A DNA stretch of 64,000 nucleotides from Alphaproteobacteria bacterium (GCA_965228895.1 OZ245842.1:2336001-2400000), one strand, 5' to 3'. Positions 8,801 through 19,879 are shown, counted from the first letter of the stretch. Translations and numbers: made by a program. The notes: a model not told the origin generated them from the sequence alone.

Positions 8801-9957
8801 TCCTGGTCGGCGAAACCAAAGGTCCCCTGCTCGACCAGCCAGGCCAACACCATGTCGACTGTTTCAGGTGCGAAGAGCCCGCTGATCATGGCGTGGTCGA
8901 TCGACGTGGCTGACGCCAGCACGCTCGCGAGTTCCTGCGGACAGGCAATCGACGCGCCATCGGCGAACAGGAGCGAACGGCCGTCGGATAACGCACCATG
9001 CGCCAGACGTGAACCGGCCCAGCGTTCCAGGACATCGCCCGCCGCCAGCCGCTCGCGAATGGACTGGCCGTCAAGTGGGATCGCCGGCGGGTGCGCGGGC
9101 ATACGCGGTTCGCTTGTCAACTCGCCCACAAGAGCCATCATCTGATCGGGATCCTGCGCGCAGGCCAGGAGGATGTCGGCCATCGCTTTGACGTCGGCGG
9201 GATCTATTGACGTCGTATCGCCATCGCAGGCTGGACGACCGGCATCAGTGAACCGGGGTTCGCTTTCGGCGTCGTTCAACCAACGGACGAGCAGCTGATC
9301 GGCGAGTTTGCTGGAGAGATCTGTAAGACCCGGCGCTCTGAAGCCAATCGACAACGTCACGCTCATGTCGTCCAGCGCGACGCCGTCATGTGGCACGCCC
9401 GGCGGCAGATAAAGCACGTCGCCTGGTTCGAGATCGTGCTGCTCCTCCGGTTCAAACGATGATTGGAGGCGCAGCGGTTGATTCGGCACAAGCGGCGACA
9501 CCGGACCGCCATACGCCCAGGACCGGCGGCCCTGAGCTTGCAGCAGGAAGACGTCGTACTGATCGACATGAGGACCAACGCCGCCACCGGCCGCCGATAG
9601 AGACACCATCACATCGTCGACGCGCCAGCGCGGCAGAAAACCAATGCTAGCGATCAGGTCGTGCAGTTCCGGCACCCAGACTTCCGTCGACTGAATCAGC
9701 AACGACCAGCCGGCCTCCGGCAGATCATCGAAGGTCGCCGGATCAAGGGGGCCATGGGTGACGTCGAACGTTCCTCCACGGCGAACCACAAGGCGAGACT
9801 GGACTTGGGGTTCGCACGCGAGATCGAACAGGTCATCGGGATCGAAGGGCAGGACAAAACCGGCAAAGGCTGCCGGACACATCAGGGTCCGCTGTTGCCA
9901 TATACTGGTCAAGAAGTGTTGGGATGTCGTTCCATCAGGAAATCGGAATGTATTCAT
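8785..9957 (-). CDS. roxA: JmjC/cupin 2OG-Fe(II) oxygenase, RoxA/YcfD (ribosomal protein L16 hydroxylase) family
   Basis: WRVDDVMVS, GVGPHVDQYDVFLLQ, LEPGDVLYLPPGVPHDG, SIGFRAP. Confidence 0.8.
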   Translation of the reverse strand: MNTFRFPDGTTSQHFLTSIWQQRTLMCPAAFAGFVLPFDPDDLFDLACEPQVQSRLVVRRGGTFDVTHGPLDPATFDDLPEAGWSLLIQSTEVWVPELHDLIASIGFLPRWRVDDVMVSLSAAGGGVGPHVDQYDVFLLQAQGRRSWAYGGPVSPLVPNQPLRLQSSFEPEEQHDLEPGDVLYLPPGVPHDGVALDDMSVTLSIGFRAPGLTDLSSKLADQLLVRWLNDAESEPRFTDAGRPACDGDTTSIDPADVKAMADILLACAQDPDQMMALVGELTSEPRMPAHPPAIPLDGQSIRERLAAGDVLERWAGSRLAHGALSDGRSLLFADGASIACPQELASVLASATSIDHAMISGLFAPETVDMVLAWLVEQGTFGFADQDQDGD

Positions 9958-10116
9958 GCCAAACCTGCCATGCGACACGCACTACACGCGACCAGTTGAT
10001 CAAGAACCGAACCGATCGAGTTGCCTTGCGGTAAAAAACGCGCTGAAATAGGTCTTAACAAGGGTTCTGCGGCCTCGGCCGCTCCAATAACGGTGGTTTC
10101 AAAGGGAGAAGATAGT

Positions 10117-11214
10117 ATGACGATCAAGAAGTTTACGACCACACGACGGGACGTGCTGAAGAAAACGACCGTTGCCGCGGCCGCCAGCACGCTTCCCGTC
10201 GGTACATTTCTGCGCCGCGCTTGGGCGGCAGAGCCGATCAAGGTTTCGTCCTATGGTGGTTATTTCGAAGACATGCTGTCGGAATACGCCTATCCGGAGT
10301 TCGAGAAAGCATCCGGCATTCAAGTCGAAACGGTTTCCCAGCCCGGCGGCTATGCCTGGTTCACGCAGCTTGAGAACGGCATGTCGGCAGGCAACGCGCC
10401 CGTGGACATCACCATGGCGGCCGGCGGTTCGATGCGTCGCGCCAATCATCTCTTCACGCCACTCGACCCGGCACGTGCGCCGAACATGGCGAACATTCCC
10501 GACTATCTGATCTATCGGAACGCGGACGGACTGCCGGTCGGTTCACCCATGCTTGCCTGGTACACGACGTTCGTGACCAATGTTGAAACTTGGCCTGAAG
10601 CGCCGACAAGTTGGGCCGATGCGTGGGATCCGAAGTATGTGGATTCCTTCGGTTGGGCAAACAGCGCCGACTCCAGTTATCTGATTGACATTGTCGCCCG
10701 CACGTTTTTTGACGGCCAGGACATCATGAAGTCCAAAGACGGTCTGATCACCTGCATGGAGAAAGGCGTCGAACTGAAGGACAACGTCAAGCTCTGGTAC
10801 AATGACGAAGGTCAGTTCCAGGCGATGTTGCAGTCTGGCGAACTGACTGGTGGCCAGTACTATCATGACGTCACCGAAGTCATGATTGCCGACGGCTTCC
10901 CGATGCGCTCGACCTTCCCCAAGGAGGGCGGCGTGATCGACTTTGGTGCCTGGGCCATGTTGACCAGCACCGACAAGGTCGATCAGTGCTATGAGTTCAT
11001 CAACTGGTGCGCCTCGCCTGAAGCACAGACCGTGACAACGGAGAACCTGTGGACCGCCCCGGTTCTACCGCGCGATATGCTTCCCAATCTGTCGGATGAA
11101 TCCTTCAATCTGGCGTCAAGTGAAATCCCGCCTATCGTTATCGACTATGACATCTACGTCGAAAACGGAGACTGGATCGCCGAGAAGTGGCAAGAGCTGC
11201 TGACCGGAGCGTAA
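10117..11214 (+). CDS. ABC substrate-binding protein, PotD/PotF-like, Tat signal
   Basis: TRRDVLK, AWA cleavage site, PTSWADAWDPKY, FPKEGG; heads an ABC operon. Confidence 0.88.
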   Translation: MTIKKFTTTRRDVLKKTTVAAAASTLPVGTFLRRAWAAEPIKVSSYGGYFEDMLSEYAYPEFEKASGIQVETVSQPGGYAWFTQLENGMSAGNAPVDITMAAGGSMRRANHLFTPLDPARAPNMANIPDYLIYRNADGLPVGSPMLAWYTTFVTNVETWPEAPTSWADAWDPKYVDSFGWANSADSSYLIDIVARTFFDGQDIMKSKDGLITCMEKGVELKDNVKLWYNDEGQFQAMLQSGELTGGQYYHDVTEVMIADGFPMRSTFPKEGGVIDFGAWAMLTSTDKVDQCYEFINWCASPEAQTVTTENLWTAPVLPRDMLPNLSDESFNLASSEIPPIVIDYDIYVENGDWIAEKWQELLTGA

Positions 11215-11225
11215 GGGAATTCCTT

Positions 11226-11262
11226 TGGGCGGGGGCTTAAGACCTCCCGCCCTTTCCCTTTT
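11226..11262 (+). terminator. Intercistronic stem-loop after the binding-protein gene
   Basis: GGGCGGGGG...CCTCCCGCCC followed by TTTCCCTTTT. Confidence 0.55.
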
Positions 11263-11306
11263 CATGACGCCGTCCCGAAAGGGACTGGGGCAAGGCGGAT
11301 GATTTT

Positions 11307-12362
11307 ATGAGCGGCCTTCAGCTATCCAGCATCACAAAGAAGTTCGGGCAGATTACCGCTGTCCACGACATCAACCTCGAGATCCCTAACGGTAAGTTCG
11401 TTTCATTTCTGGGGCCATCGGGGTGCGGCAAGACGACATTGCTGCGCATGATTGCCGGTCTTGAGGCACCGACCGATGGTGCGATCCTGCTTGACGGCGA
11501 AGACATCACGCCGATCCCGACCCATCAACGCAGTATCGGCATGGTCTTCCAGTCGCTCGCGCTGTTTCCCCACCTTAGTGTCGGGGACAACGTGACCTAT
11601 GGTTTGCGCATCCGCGGGATGGACAAGGCAAAGCGGCGGGCCCGCGCGGGTGAGTTGCTGGACCTGGTTCGCTTGCCCGGCGTCGAGGAACGTCGGGTCT
11701 CTCAGTTGTCTGGCGGTCAACGGCAACGTGTCGCGATCGCCCGTGCGCTGGCTTTGGAACCAAAGCTCTTTTTGCTCGACGAGCCGCTATCGGCACTCGA
11801 CGCTAAGCTGCGCGAAGAAATGCAGGTCGAACTGCGTATTCTTCAAGAGCGCCTGGGTATCACCACGATCATCGTGACGCACGATCAGCGCGAAGCCATG
11901 ACCATGTCCGATGAAGTCGTGGTCATGTCGACGGCGAAGATCCAGCAGATGGGCCCGCCGCTCGAAATCTACCGGACGCCGGCAACCGCGTTTGTCGCCG
12001 AGTTTATCGGCACCAGCAACTTGATGAACGTCAAGGTGATCGGTGAGGGTGAGGTAGAAGCGCACGGCGAGCGGTTTACCGTGGAAGCGATTGCCGATGG
12101 CCTTGCCGCAGGATCCGATGCGGTGTTGTCAATCCGTCCCGAAGAAGTTCACGTGTTGCCGTCCAGCAATGTCGGTCCAAACCAAATGACCGGCAAGGTT
12201 ACGTTTGTGCGCGATGTCGGCGCGAGTATCGAGACCTTTGTCGACTGTGGCGACCACACCGTCGTCGGCCTGGCGACACCGAAGGAACGGCCGGACATTG
12301 GGGTCGGCGACGAGGTCCGCGTTGAATTGCCGGCCGAAGCGTGCGTGGTCGTCAAGCCATGA
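11307..12362 (+). CDS. ABC ATP-binding subunit (PotA-like, C-terminal TOBE)
   Basis: GPSGCGKT, LSGGQRQR, LLDEP, VTHDQ. Confidence 0.95.
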   Translation: MSGLQLSSITKKFGQITAVHDINLEIPNGKFVSFLGPSGCGKTTLLRMIAGLEAPTDGAILLDGEDITPIPTHQRSIGMVFQSLALFPHLSVGDNVTYGLRIRGMDKAKRRARAGELLDLVRLPGVEERRVSQLSGGQRQRVAIARALALEPKLFLLDEPLSALDAKLREEMQVELRILQERLGITTIIVTHDQREAMTMSDEVVVMSTAKIQQMGPPLEIYRTPATAFVAEFIGTSNLMNVKVIGEGEVEAHGERFTVEAIADGLAAGSDAVLSIRPEEVHVLPSSNVGPNQMTGKVTFVRDVGASIETFVDCGDHTVVGLATPKERPDIGVGDEVRVELPAEACVVVKP

Positions 12363-13294
12363 GCGTTGCCGAGGCATCGACACCGGTGGTGGAAGATGAA
12401 CGCCATGGCGTTTTCTATCGGTTCTTCATTACTGGCATCGTCGAACCGATACGCCGGTATCCGCTGGGCCTGTATCCCACCATCATGCTCGGGGTGTTCT
12501 TTTTCATTCCGTTCCTGATCATGGTCGATATCAGTTTCTGGCACCGTGTTGAGTCGCGCAATTACGTGCGGGCGTTTGAACTCACGCACTACGCGCGGTT
12601 CTTTTCGCCGCTCTTCACACGGCATCTTTGGGTTTCCGTCCAGTTCGCCATGCTGGCAAGCGCCTTTTGCTTGGTCGTTTCCGTCCCATTCACTTATTTC
12701 CTGAGCCGGTTCCGGCGCAAAGGCCAGGTTGTGGCGCTGGTGTTTGTGCTGTGCGTTCTTTCGCTCTCCGAAGTGATCATTGCCTATTCGTGGTCGGTCC
12801 TGTTATCGCGCTCAGCGGGCATACCGAAGTTTCTCTTTGAAATTGGCATTCTGGATAGCCCGGGCTCCTGGTTCCCTGGCTTCTGGGCGGTGATGTGCGG
12901 TCTGACCTATTTCAACGTGCCGCTGGCCATCCTGGTGCTCTATCCCCAGTGCACGCGTCTTGAGCGCGAATTGACCGAGGCCGCGCAGACGCTTGGCGCG
13001 TCTCCCATCGTGACGTTCTGGACCGTCGTCATCCCGCTTCTCTGGAAGGCGATCCTGGCCTGTTTCATCCTGCTCTTTGTCTTCACCATGGGGGCCTTCG
13101 TGACGCCGTTGTGGTTGGGTGAACCGGAGAACACGATGTATGCCCAGCTTATTGCCGATCAGATGCTGAGTCGGAACAACGCTCCGTTTGCGGCGGCGCT
13201 CGGCGTCTTCCTGGTCATCGTGACCCTGGCCCTTGTGGCCGTTACCTTTGTCCTGGGTAAGGAACGCAGCCCGGTTGCGGGAGCAAGACGATGA
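12359..13294 (+). CDS. ABC permease (PotB-like)
   Basis: Multiple TM segments, EAAQTLGA motif; ATGA overlap with the ATPase gene. Confidence 0.92.
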   Translation: MSVAEASTPVVEDERHGVFYRFFITGIVEPIRRYPLGLYPTIMLGVFFFIPFLIMVDISFWHRVESRNYVRAFELTHYARFFSPLFTRHLWVSVQFAMLASAFCLVVSVPFTYFLSRFRRKGQVVALVFVLCVLSLSEVIIAYSWSVLLSRSAGIPKFLFEIGILDSPGSWFPGFWAVMCGLTYFNVPLAILVLYPQCTRLERELTEAAQTLGASPIVTFWTVVIPLLWKAILACFILLFVFTMGAFVTPLWLGEPENTMYAQLIADQMLSRNNAPFAAALGVFLVIVTLALVAVTFVLGKERSPVAGARR

Positions 13295-14094
13295 TTGTTT
13301 CTGTCTGCAAACGCATCTTCATTATCGTGTCGTTCATCGTGCTCAGCGCACCGCTGTTCATCGTTGCCGGTGTCTCGCTGAACGAAAAGAAGCTGATGTT
13401 CTTCCCGCCCAGAGGCCTCTCGCTCAAATGGTACCCTGAGGTCTTCGAGAAGACGGTCTGGTTCGAGGCGTTGAGCAACAGTTTGATCATCGCAGCCTGC
13501 GCCGCGCTGCTGGCCGTTTCGATTGCGCTGCCGACATCCTACTTCCTGTGGCGCTACCGCGTTACTTACGCCAAGGTCCTGTTTGGCCTGGGTCTTGTGC
13601 CGTTCTCTCTGCCGCCCGTGATCACCGCGCTCGGCATGTTGATCTTCTGGGCGCAGTGGATCGGGTATGCCGGTCGCATCGAGAACATCATCATCGCGCA
13701 CGGCGTGTTTCTTGTGACCTTGCCCATGGTGATGATTTCCCTGGGCCTTGAGTCGATCGAGCAGGAGTTGCTGGAGGCCGCCGAAACCATGGGCGCCAAC
13801 CGACGCAAGGTGTTCACCACCGTCATCTTTCCCATGGTGTTCCCCTATATGTTTGCGGGATACGCCTTTGTGTTCGTGGTCAGCATGAACGAATACATCA
13901 TCTCGTTCTTCCTCGGCCAATCGGCGACCATCACCCTGCCGGTGCAGATTCTGTCGAGTCTGAGGTCAGGTTATTCGCCTGTGACGGCATCGGTCGCGGT
14001 CATGTTCATTCTGCTCGCGGTGGTCGTCTTCTCCCTTGTCGCCCGCTTCAGCGACCTGCCCAAATTGTTGGGCGCGTGGTCGCCCAAGGAGTAA
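13291..14094 (+). CDS. ABC permease (PotC-like)
   Basis: EAAETMGA motif, TLPVQI. Confidence 0.92.
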   Translation: MIVSVCKRIFIIVSFIVLSAPLFIVAGVSLNEKKLMFFPPRGLSLKWYPEVFEKTVWFEALSNSLIIAACAALLAVSIALPTSYFLWRYRVTYAKVLFGLGLVPFSLPPVITALGMLIFWAQWIGYAGRIENIIIAHGVFLVTLPMVMISLGLESIEQELLEAAETMGANRRKVFTTVIFPMVFPYMFAGYAFVFVVSMNEYIISFFLGQSATITLPVQILSSLRSGYSPVTASVAVMFILLAVVVFSLVARFSDLPKLLGAWSPKE

Positions 14095-14126
14095 GTTTCG
14101 GGTCCCACATTCACTGAGGATACGCC

Positions 14127-14780
14127 ATGTACAAACTCCACGGCGGTTCGTTCACACGCGCTCTGGCGCCGCAAATGGTCTTGGAAGAAGCGGGCCTGCC
14201 TTATGAACTCCATGTCGTCGACATGGCGGGTAAGGAGTTTCGCAACGAGGCCTACCGCAAACTCAACCCGGCGGGTTTCGTGCCGGCGCTTGAGACACCG
14301 GAGGGTGATGTCCTCCACGAGGCCGCCGCCATCATGCTCTATCTGACCGACCGACACGGGTTGGAGGACTTGGCGCCATCACCGACCGATCCGCAACGTG
14401 GTGTCTTCTTGAGCAAACTCTTCTACTTCACCAACGACCTGCAGCCGTCGTTCAAGCGGTTCTACTATGCCTCGCGCTACGCCTTGCATAAATCCGACAT
14501 CGACGACTTGCGAGCCCAATGCCGCGAGATCATCCTCGAGCGTTGGCAGGTGCTGGAGGACTGGCTGGCGACGAACGGTCCCTATCATCTGGGCGACCGG
14601 ATGACGTTCGCCGATTTGCACTTGGCCATGTGGATCGCCTACGGCTTTGACAAACCTGCCGATTTTCTGGACGCGTTCCCGGCCTCGCGCCGGCTCTATG
14701 ATCTCTGCCTGAAACGCCCGGTCGCCGGTCCCATGCTGCGTGACCTCGTGGATATCATCGCAGGACGTAGAGCGGCGTAA
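14127..14780 (+). CDS. Glutathione S-transferase family protein
   Basis: LNPAGFVPAL, EAAAIMLYL, TFADLH. Confidence 0.85.
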   Translation: MYKLHGGSFTRALAPQMVLEEAGLPYELHVVDMAGKEFRNEAYRKLNPAGFVPALETPEGDVLHEAAAIMLYLTDRHGLEDLAPSPTDPQRGVFLSKLFYFTNDLQPSFKRFYYASRYALHKSDIDDLRAQCREIILERWQVLEDWLATNGPYHLGDRMTFADLHLAMWIAYGFDKPADFLDAFPASRRLYDLCLKRPVAGPMLRDLVDIIAGRRAA

Positions 14781-14783
14781 AAA

Positions 14784-15575
14784 CTAGAGGTCTGTCATCA
14801 GGTCGCTGTTCTTCAGGTCGGTCACCAGCATCGCGCCTGGCGTGTGCGTGATGCAGATCTCTGGCTTGGCGCGCTCAAGCGCGACCTGAGGCGTCACGCC
14901 ACATGCCCAAAACACCGGTATCTCACCGTCGCGCAGGACGGCGCGATCGCCGAAGTCGGGTTTGTTCAAGTTCATGATGCCGATCGCGGCGGGATCGCCG
15001 ATTTGTACCGGCGCGCCGTGGGCGTGGGGAAAGCGCGCCGTGATGATCTCCGCGAGACCAGCATCTGCCCGCGTAAACGGCCGCATGGAGACCACCATCG
15101 GTCCGCCAAACGGCCCGGCCTCGCGGGTCGGTATCGCGCTTCGATACATCGGCACGGTCGTATCCTGTTCGATGTGGCGCAGGGAAAGGCCCGATGCCAT
15201 CAAAGCCTCCTCGAAGGAGAACGAGCAGCCGAGCACGAAGGCGACGAAGTCGTCGCGCCACAGTCCGGTGATGTCGCCACTATCACCGGCGTACCGGCCG
15301 TCATGAAAGATGCGGTAGGACGGTAGGTCGCTGCGCATGTCGACCGCCTCGCCCAGGTCCGGAAGCGACGGATCACCGGGCGCTGAGCGTCCCAGCAGCG
15401 GGCATGGTTTCGGGTTATTCGCGCAATACTGTGAGAAATCGTCCGCATAGGTTGCCGGCAGTATCACCACATTGCCCTGGACGAAGCCTGGCGCCTGACC
15501 AGCCGTATGAACGGTATGACGACCAGACCGTGCCGCGGCACGAAGTGCCTTGGGTGATGTGTGGATGTCCGTCAT
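14784..15575 (-). CDS. DUF1445 putative hydro-lyase / D-glutamate cyclase family
   Basis: [43 protein letters not shown]. Confidence 0.88.
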   Translation of the reverse strand: MTDIHTSPKALRAAARSGRHTVHTAGQAPGFVQGNVVILPATYADDFSQYCANNPKPCPLLGRSAPGDPSLPDLGEAVDMRSDLPSYRIFHDGRYAGDSGDITGLWRDDFVAFVLGCSFSFEEALMASGLSLRHIEQDTTVPMYRSAIPTREAGPFGGPMVVSMRPFTRADAGLAEIITARFPHAHGAPVQIGDPAAIGIMNLNKPDFGDRAVLRDGEIPVFWACGVTPQVALERAKPEICITHTPGAMLVTDLKNSDLMTDL

Positions 15576-15751
15576 GTGACACTAACGCGCAGGTTTGCTC
15601 CCGGTATGCGAGCATCTTGCCACATTAACGGTCAGCCGCGGGGCGAAAGTTCCACGTTGTCAGGTGTTCGAACAGTTTCGGCGTTCACCAATTCACTTGA
15701 GTGGCATAGAGTGCCGGTGGACCGCCACACTGGATGCAGGGAGAGAACATC

Positions 15752-16906
15752 ATGACAAAGATTATGGATATTGCAGAGTTCCGGTCGCGCTTGGATAACC
15801 ACGACATCTCGCGCCGTGACGTTCACAAGGTCTTGGCCTCTGTCGGCTTGGGCACGGCAATGCTGCCAGCGATCCCCGGTATGGCGCGTGCGCAGGATGG
15901 CCTCGGCACCGACACCGATCTCATGGTGTTCACATGGGCGGGCTACGACGTGGCGGAGCTTGCCGGTAGCTACATCGAAAAGCACGACGCCTTGCCTTCC
16001 TTCACGCTTTGGGGTGAGGAAGAAGAAGCGTTTCAGAAGATGCGCGCCGGTTTCAGGCCCGACATCGCCTGGCCGTGCTCCTATAGCCTGAAGCGCTGGT
16101 GGGATGCCGGCCTTCTCGCCAACCTCGACACCAGCCGTCTAGACCATTGGGACGACGTTTTCTCGTCCCTCAAGACGATCGAAGGCGCTCAGATCGAGGG
16201 CGAGCAGGTCTTCTTCCCGCTTGATTGGGGCAACAGCTCGGTCCTGTTCCGGCCCGACTTGGCGCCTGAATACGCGGGTGCCGAGAACCATTCGTGGATG
16301 ATACTGTTCGACGAGAAATATGCCGGCCGGCTCGGCATTTACGATTCCGTCGATGGTGTCTTCGGTGTCGTCGGCGCGGTGATTGGCGCTGAGAACCCGT
16401 TCGATATGACCGACGAAGAACTGGAACGCGCGACCGAGATGATGCGCAAACAGCGTGACGTCTTGCGGTGGTACTGGACCGACATCACCTCGGTCGAGCA
16501 AGGATTGGCGACTGGCGAGCTCGTCGCGTCCTATGCCTGGAACAGTTCCGTCGTCGAACTCAAAAAACAGGGTGTCGAGATCGAGTACATGAACCCCAAG
16601 GAAGGCATCTATACCTGGGTTTGCGGCCTCGTTCACATTGCGACCGGCGAAGGCAATCAAGACAAGGTCTACGACTACCTGAACGCCGTGTCCTCAGTCG
16701 AATCCGGCATTTTCGAGATCACCGAGTATGGCTACGGCCACTCAAACAAGAAAGCGTTCGAGGCGGTGCCTGAGGAAACCTTGGCCGACCTTGGGCTGAC
16801 TGATCCGGAGACCTTCCTCTCGAGCAGCCGTTTCTTCTCTGAGATCCCGCCGACGACCCGCGAGAAATACATCGCGCTGTTCGACGAAATCAAGGCGGGT
16901 TTCTGA
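15752..16906 (+). CDS. PotD/PotF-family substrate-binding protein, Tat-like signal
   Basis: ISRRDV, FTWAGYD, EEAFQKMRAG, DWGNSS, PKEGIYTWVCG. Confidence 0.88.
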   Translation: MTKIMDIAEFRSRLDNHDISRRDVHKVLASVGLGTAMLPAIPGMARAQDGLGTDTDLMVFTWAGYDVAELAGSYIEKHDALPSFTLWGEEEEAFQKMRAGFRPDIAWPCSYSLKRWWDAGLLANLDTSRLDHWDDVFSSLKTIEGAQIEGEQVFFPLDWGNSSVLFRPDLAPEYAGAENHSWMILFDEKYAGRLGIYDSVDGVFGVVGAVIGAENPFDMTDEELERATEMMRKQRDVLRWYWTDITSVEQGLATGELVASYAWNSSVVELKKQGVEIEYMNPKEGIYTWVCGLVHIATGEGNQDKVYDYLNAVSSVESGIFEITEYGYGHSNKKAFEAVPEETLADLGLTDPETFLSSSRFFSEIPPTTREKYIALFDEIKAGF

Positions 16907-16932
16907 GCGAAATCACTTACTGAGCGAGCATC

Positions 16933-16965
16933 ACGGGTCGGCCTTATGCCGGCCCGTTTTGTTTT
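16933..16965 (+). terminator. Rho-independent terminator
   Basis: ACGGGTCGGC-CTTAT-GCCGGCCCGT followed by TTTGTTTT. Confidence 0.7.
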
Positions 16966-17032
16966 CACTGGGCGTTTTCAAGTGCGACTGACCCGCCTAT
17001 TCTCTCGGCACACGGTCGGGGTTTAAGGGGAC

Positions 17033-18646
17033 ATGCCACAAGTCGATCCGCGTGACGATCAAAGCGTCGGCAAGGTGCTGGCCACGCGCGTTGAACGCCA
17101 TGGCGACGCACCGTTCCTGATCTGCGATGACGATGTCATCTTGAGCTATCGGGATGCTGACCGCGCCTCGAACCAGGTCGCCAACGCCCTGATGGACCTG
17201 GGCATCGAAGCGGGCGAGACCGTGCTTGTCATGATGCCGAACGTGGCCGAGTTTGCCTTCGTTTGGCTGGGCCTCGGCAAACGCGGTGCGATCCAGGTCC
17301 CCGTCAACACGGCCTATCGCGGCAACTTGCTGGTGCACGTGCTGAATGACTCATCGGCGCGTACCATGATCGTCGAGACGCAGTTTCTGGAGCGTTTGGC
17401 CGACGTTGCTGACAAACTGGAACATCTGGAGCGCTTGATCGTGTTCGATCGTGGCGACAGCGCGACAGCCATGCCGAGCGCCCTCGCCTCGATGGCGAAC
17501 GTGGATTTCGCCGCGCTGTTGGACGCGCCGGATACGCCGCAGGAGGGACTTCCAAGCTACCGTGACATCAAAGCGGTCATGTACACGTCTGGCACGACCG
17601 GCCCATCGAAAGGCGTGATGATCACCCATGCGCACGCCTATACCTATGCCCATGGCGGGATTGACCTGATGGACCTGACGCCGGGCGATGTCTATTACGC
17701 GCCTTTGCCGCTGTTTCACATCGCCGGTCAGTGGGCCATGGTCTATGCCGCCATGATCGGCGGCGCGGCGGCCGTGATCACCGAGCGCTTCAGCGTCGAG
17801 CGGTTCTGGCATGACGCCAAGCGGTTCAACGCGACGGTCACGTTTTTTCTAGGCGCCATGGCGAACTTCCTGTCGGGACAACCGGAACAACCAGACGACA
17901 AGGAGACACCGATCGATCGTGCGCTGGTCGTGCCGATGTTCCCGGAGGTCTATGACTTCGGCAAGCGGTTCGGGATGCGCATCAAGACGACCTATGGATC
18001 GACGGAAGTCAACGCGCCGCACCGCCTGGATTTCGACCACCCGGACTGGAAGACCTGCGGATACCTGCACGACGAACTGTTCGAAGCCAAGATCGTCGAC
18101 GAGCACGATGAAGAAGTCCCCAACGGCACGGTCGGCGAGTTCTGCATTCGCGCCAAGGAACCGTGGCTCTTGATGGCGGGCTACTGGCGTCACCCCGAGT
18201 GGACGGAAACCGCATGGCGCAACCTGTGGCTTCACTCCGGTGACGCCATGTACCGCGATGACGCCGGTTTCTATTACTTCGCCGACCGCGTGAAGGATTC
18301 GATACGCCGGCGCGGCGAAAACATCTCGTCCATGGAAGTCGAGACCGAGGTCAACAGTCATCCGGCGATTCTGGAATGCGCTGTGTTTCCCGTTCCCAGC
18401 GTGCACACCGAAGACGAGGTGATGGCGAGTATCGTTCTCAAAGACGGACAGTCAATTGATCCCCTCGAGCTCATTCGGTTCCTGGAACCACGCATGGCCT
18501 ATTTCATGGTGCCGCGATTTGTCGATGTCGTGGCAGCGCTGCCCAAGACGCCGACCGGCAAGATCCAGAAGTACGAGCTGCGCGACAAAGGGGTGACGCC
18601 GTCGACCTGGGACCGTGAGGCGGCGGGCGTCAAGCTTAAGCGCTGA
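17033..18646 (+). CDS. Acyl-CoA synthetase (CaiC-like ATP-dependent CoA ligase)
   Basis: YTSGTTGPSKG, YGSTE, HSGD, RRRGENISS, PKTPTGK. Confidence 0.92.
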   Translation: MPQVDPRDDQSVGKVLATRVERHGDAPFLICDDDVILSYRDADRASNQVANALMDLGIEAGETVLVMMPNVAEFAFVWLGLGKRGAIQVPVNTAYRGNLLVHVLNDSSARTMIVETQFLERLADVADKLEHLERLIVFDRGDSATAMPSALASMANVDFAALLDAPDTPQEGLPSYRDIKAVMYTSGTTGPSKGVMITHAHAYTYAHGGIDLMDLTPGDVYYAPLPLFHIAGQWAMVYAAMIGGAAAVITERFSVERFWHDAKRFNATVTFFLGAMANFLSGQPEQPDDKETPIDRALVVPMFPEVYDFGKRFGMRIKTTYGSTEVNAPHRLDFDHPDWKTCGYLHDELFEAKIVDEHDEEVPNGTVGEFCIRAKEPWLLMAGYWRHPEWTETAWRNLWLHSGDAMYRDDAGFYYFADRVKDSIRRRGENISSMEVETEVNSHPAILECAVFPVPSVHTEDEVMASIVLKDGQSIDPLELIRFLEPRMAYFMVPRFVDVVAALPKTPTGKIQKYELRDKGVTPSTWDREAAGVKLKR

Positions 18647-18647
18647 C

Positions 18648-19814
18648 GTGGACTTTGCTCTCTCAGAGAACCAAATGGCGCTGCGCGACACGGTCGCCGC
18701 GGTCGTCTCCGGTTTCGATGACGGCTTTTGGCTCGCCTGTGACCGTGCGGGTACGTTCCCGGACGCCTTCTATAACGCCATAGCCGAAGGCGGCTGGCTC
18801 GGCGTTGCTATGCCTGAAGCATATGGCGGTGCCGGTCTTGGCGTCATGGAAGCAGCCTTGATGATGCAGACCGTCGCCGACAGCGGCGGCGGCATGACGG
18901 CCGCGTCGGCCATCCACATCAATATCTTCGGCCCCCACCCGATTGTCGTGTTTGGCACGCCCGAACAACAAGAGACGTGGCTGCCACCGCTGATTGCCGG
19001 AGAGCAACGGTGCTGCTTCGGCATTACCGAACCGGATGCCGGCCTGGATACAGGACGGATCGGCACAACCGCTGAACCCGCGACTGGCGGTTACGTCGTG
19101 CGCGGAAAGAAGATCTGGACGTCAACAGCGCAACACGCCGACAAGATCATGCTGTTGGCCCGTACAACACCGGCCGAACAGTGTGCCAAGCGTACCGATG
19201 GTCTCTCGCTTTTTTACACAGACCTGAACCGCAACCATGTTGAGATACGCGAGATCGAGAAGATGGGGCGCGCTGCCGTCGACTCGAACATGGTCTTTAT
19301 CGACGACCTGCCGGTACCGCGCGACGATCTGATTGGCGAGGAGGGCAAGGGCTTCAGCTATCTTCTCAATAGCCTCAACCCCGAACGTATCCTGATCGCC
19401 GCCGAAGCCGTCGGCCTTGGCCGCAACGCGCTTGCCCGTGCCGCCGCCTATGCCGGCGAGCGTGTGGTGTTCGATCGGCCAATCGGTCAGAACCAGGGGA
19501 TTCAGCATCCCCTGGCGCAAACTTGGATCGACCTACATGCCGCCGAGCTGATGGTGCGCGAGGCCGCTTGGCTTTACGACAATGGCCGGCCATGCGGCGC
19601 CGAAGCGAACGCGGCCAAGTATTTTGCGGCGGAAGCGGCCCATACGGCGGCGACCCGGGCCGTGACGACCTTGGGCGGCATGGGGTACGCGCGCGAGTAT
19701 CATGTGGAGCGCCTGTTGCGCGAATCGATGATCCCAAAACTCGCGCCGATCAGCGCCCAGATGGTTCTCTGCTACATCGCCGAGACCGTGTTGGGCCTGC
19801 CGAAATCCTACTGA
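18648..19814 (+). CDS. Acyl-CoA dehydrogenase
   Basis: FGITEPDAG, GKKIWTS, LNPERI, LGGMGYAREY; GTG start just after the ligase stop. Confidence 0.9.
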   Translation: MDFALSENQMALRDTVAAVVSGFDDGFWLACDRAGTFPDAFYNAIAEGGWLGVAMPEAYGGAGLGVMEAALMMQTVADSGGGMTAASAIHINIFGPHPIVVFGTPEQQETWLPPLIAGEQRCCFGITEPDAGLDTGRIGTTAEPATGGYVVRGKKIWTSTAQHADKIMLLARTTPAEQCAKRTDGLSLFYTDLNRNHVEIREIEKMGRAAVDSNMVFIDDLPVPRDDLIGEEGKGFSYLLNSLNPERILIAAEAVGLGRNALARAAAYAGERVVFDRPIGQNQGIQHPLAQTWIDLHAAELMVREAAWLYDNGRPCGAEANAAKYFAAEAAHTAATRAVTTLGGMGYAREYHVERLLRESMIPKLAPISAQMVLCYIAETVLGLPKSY

Positions 19815-19879
19815 ACGGCCTTGCGAACGGGTCCGGCGTTTGATTGAATCGTGACCCCACGGCCAAGGAGTGGCAGCCG

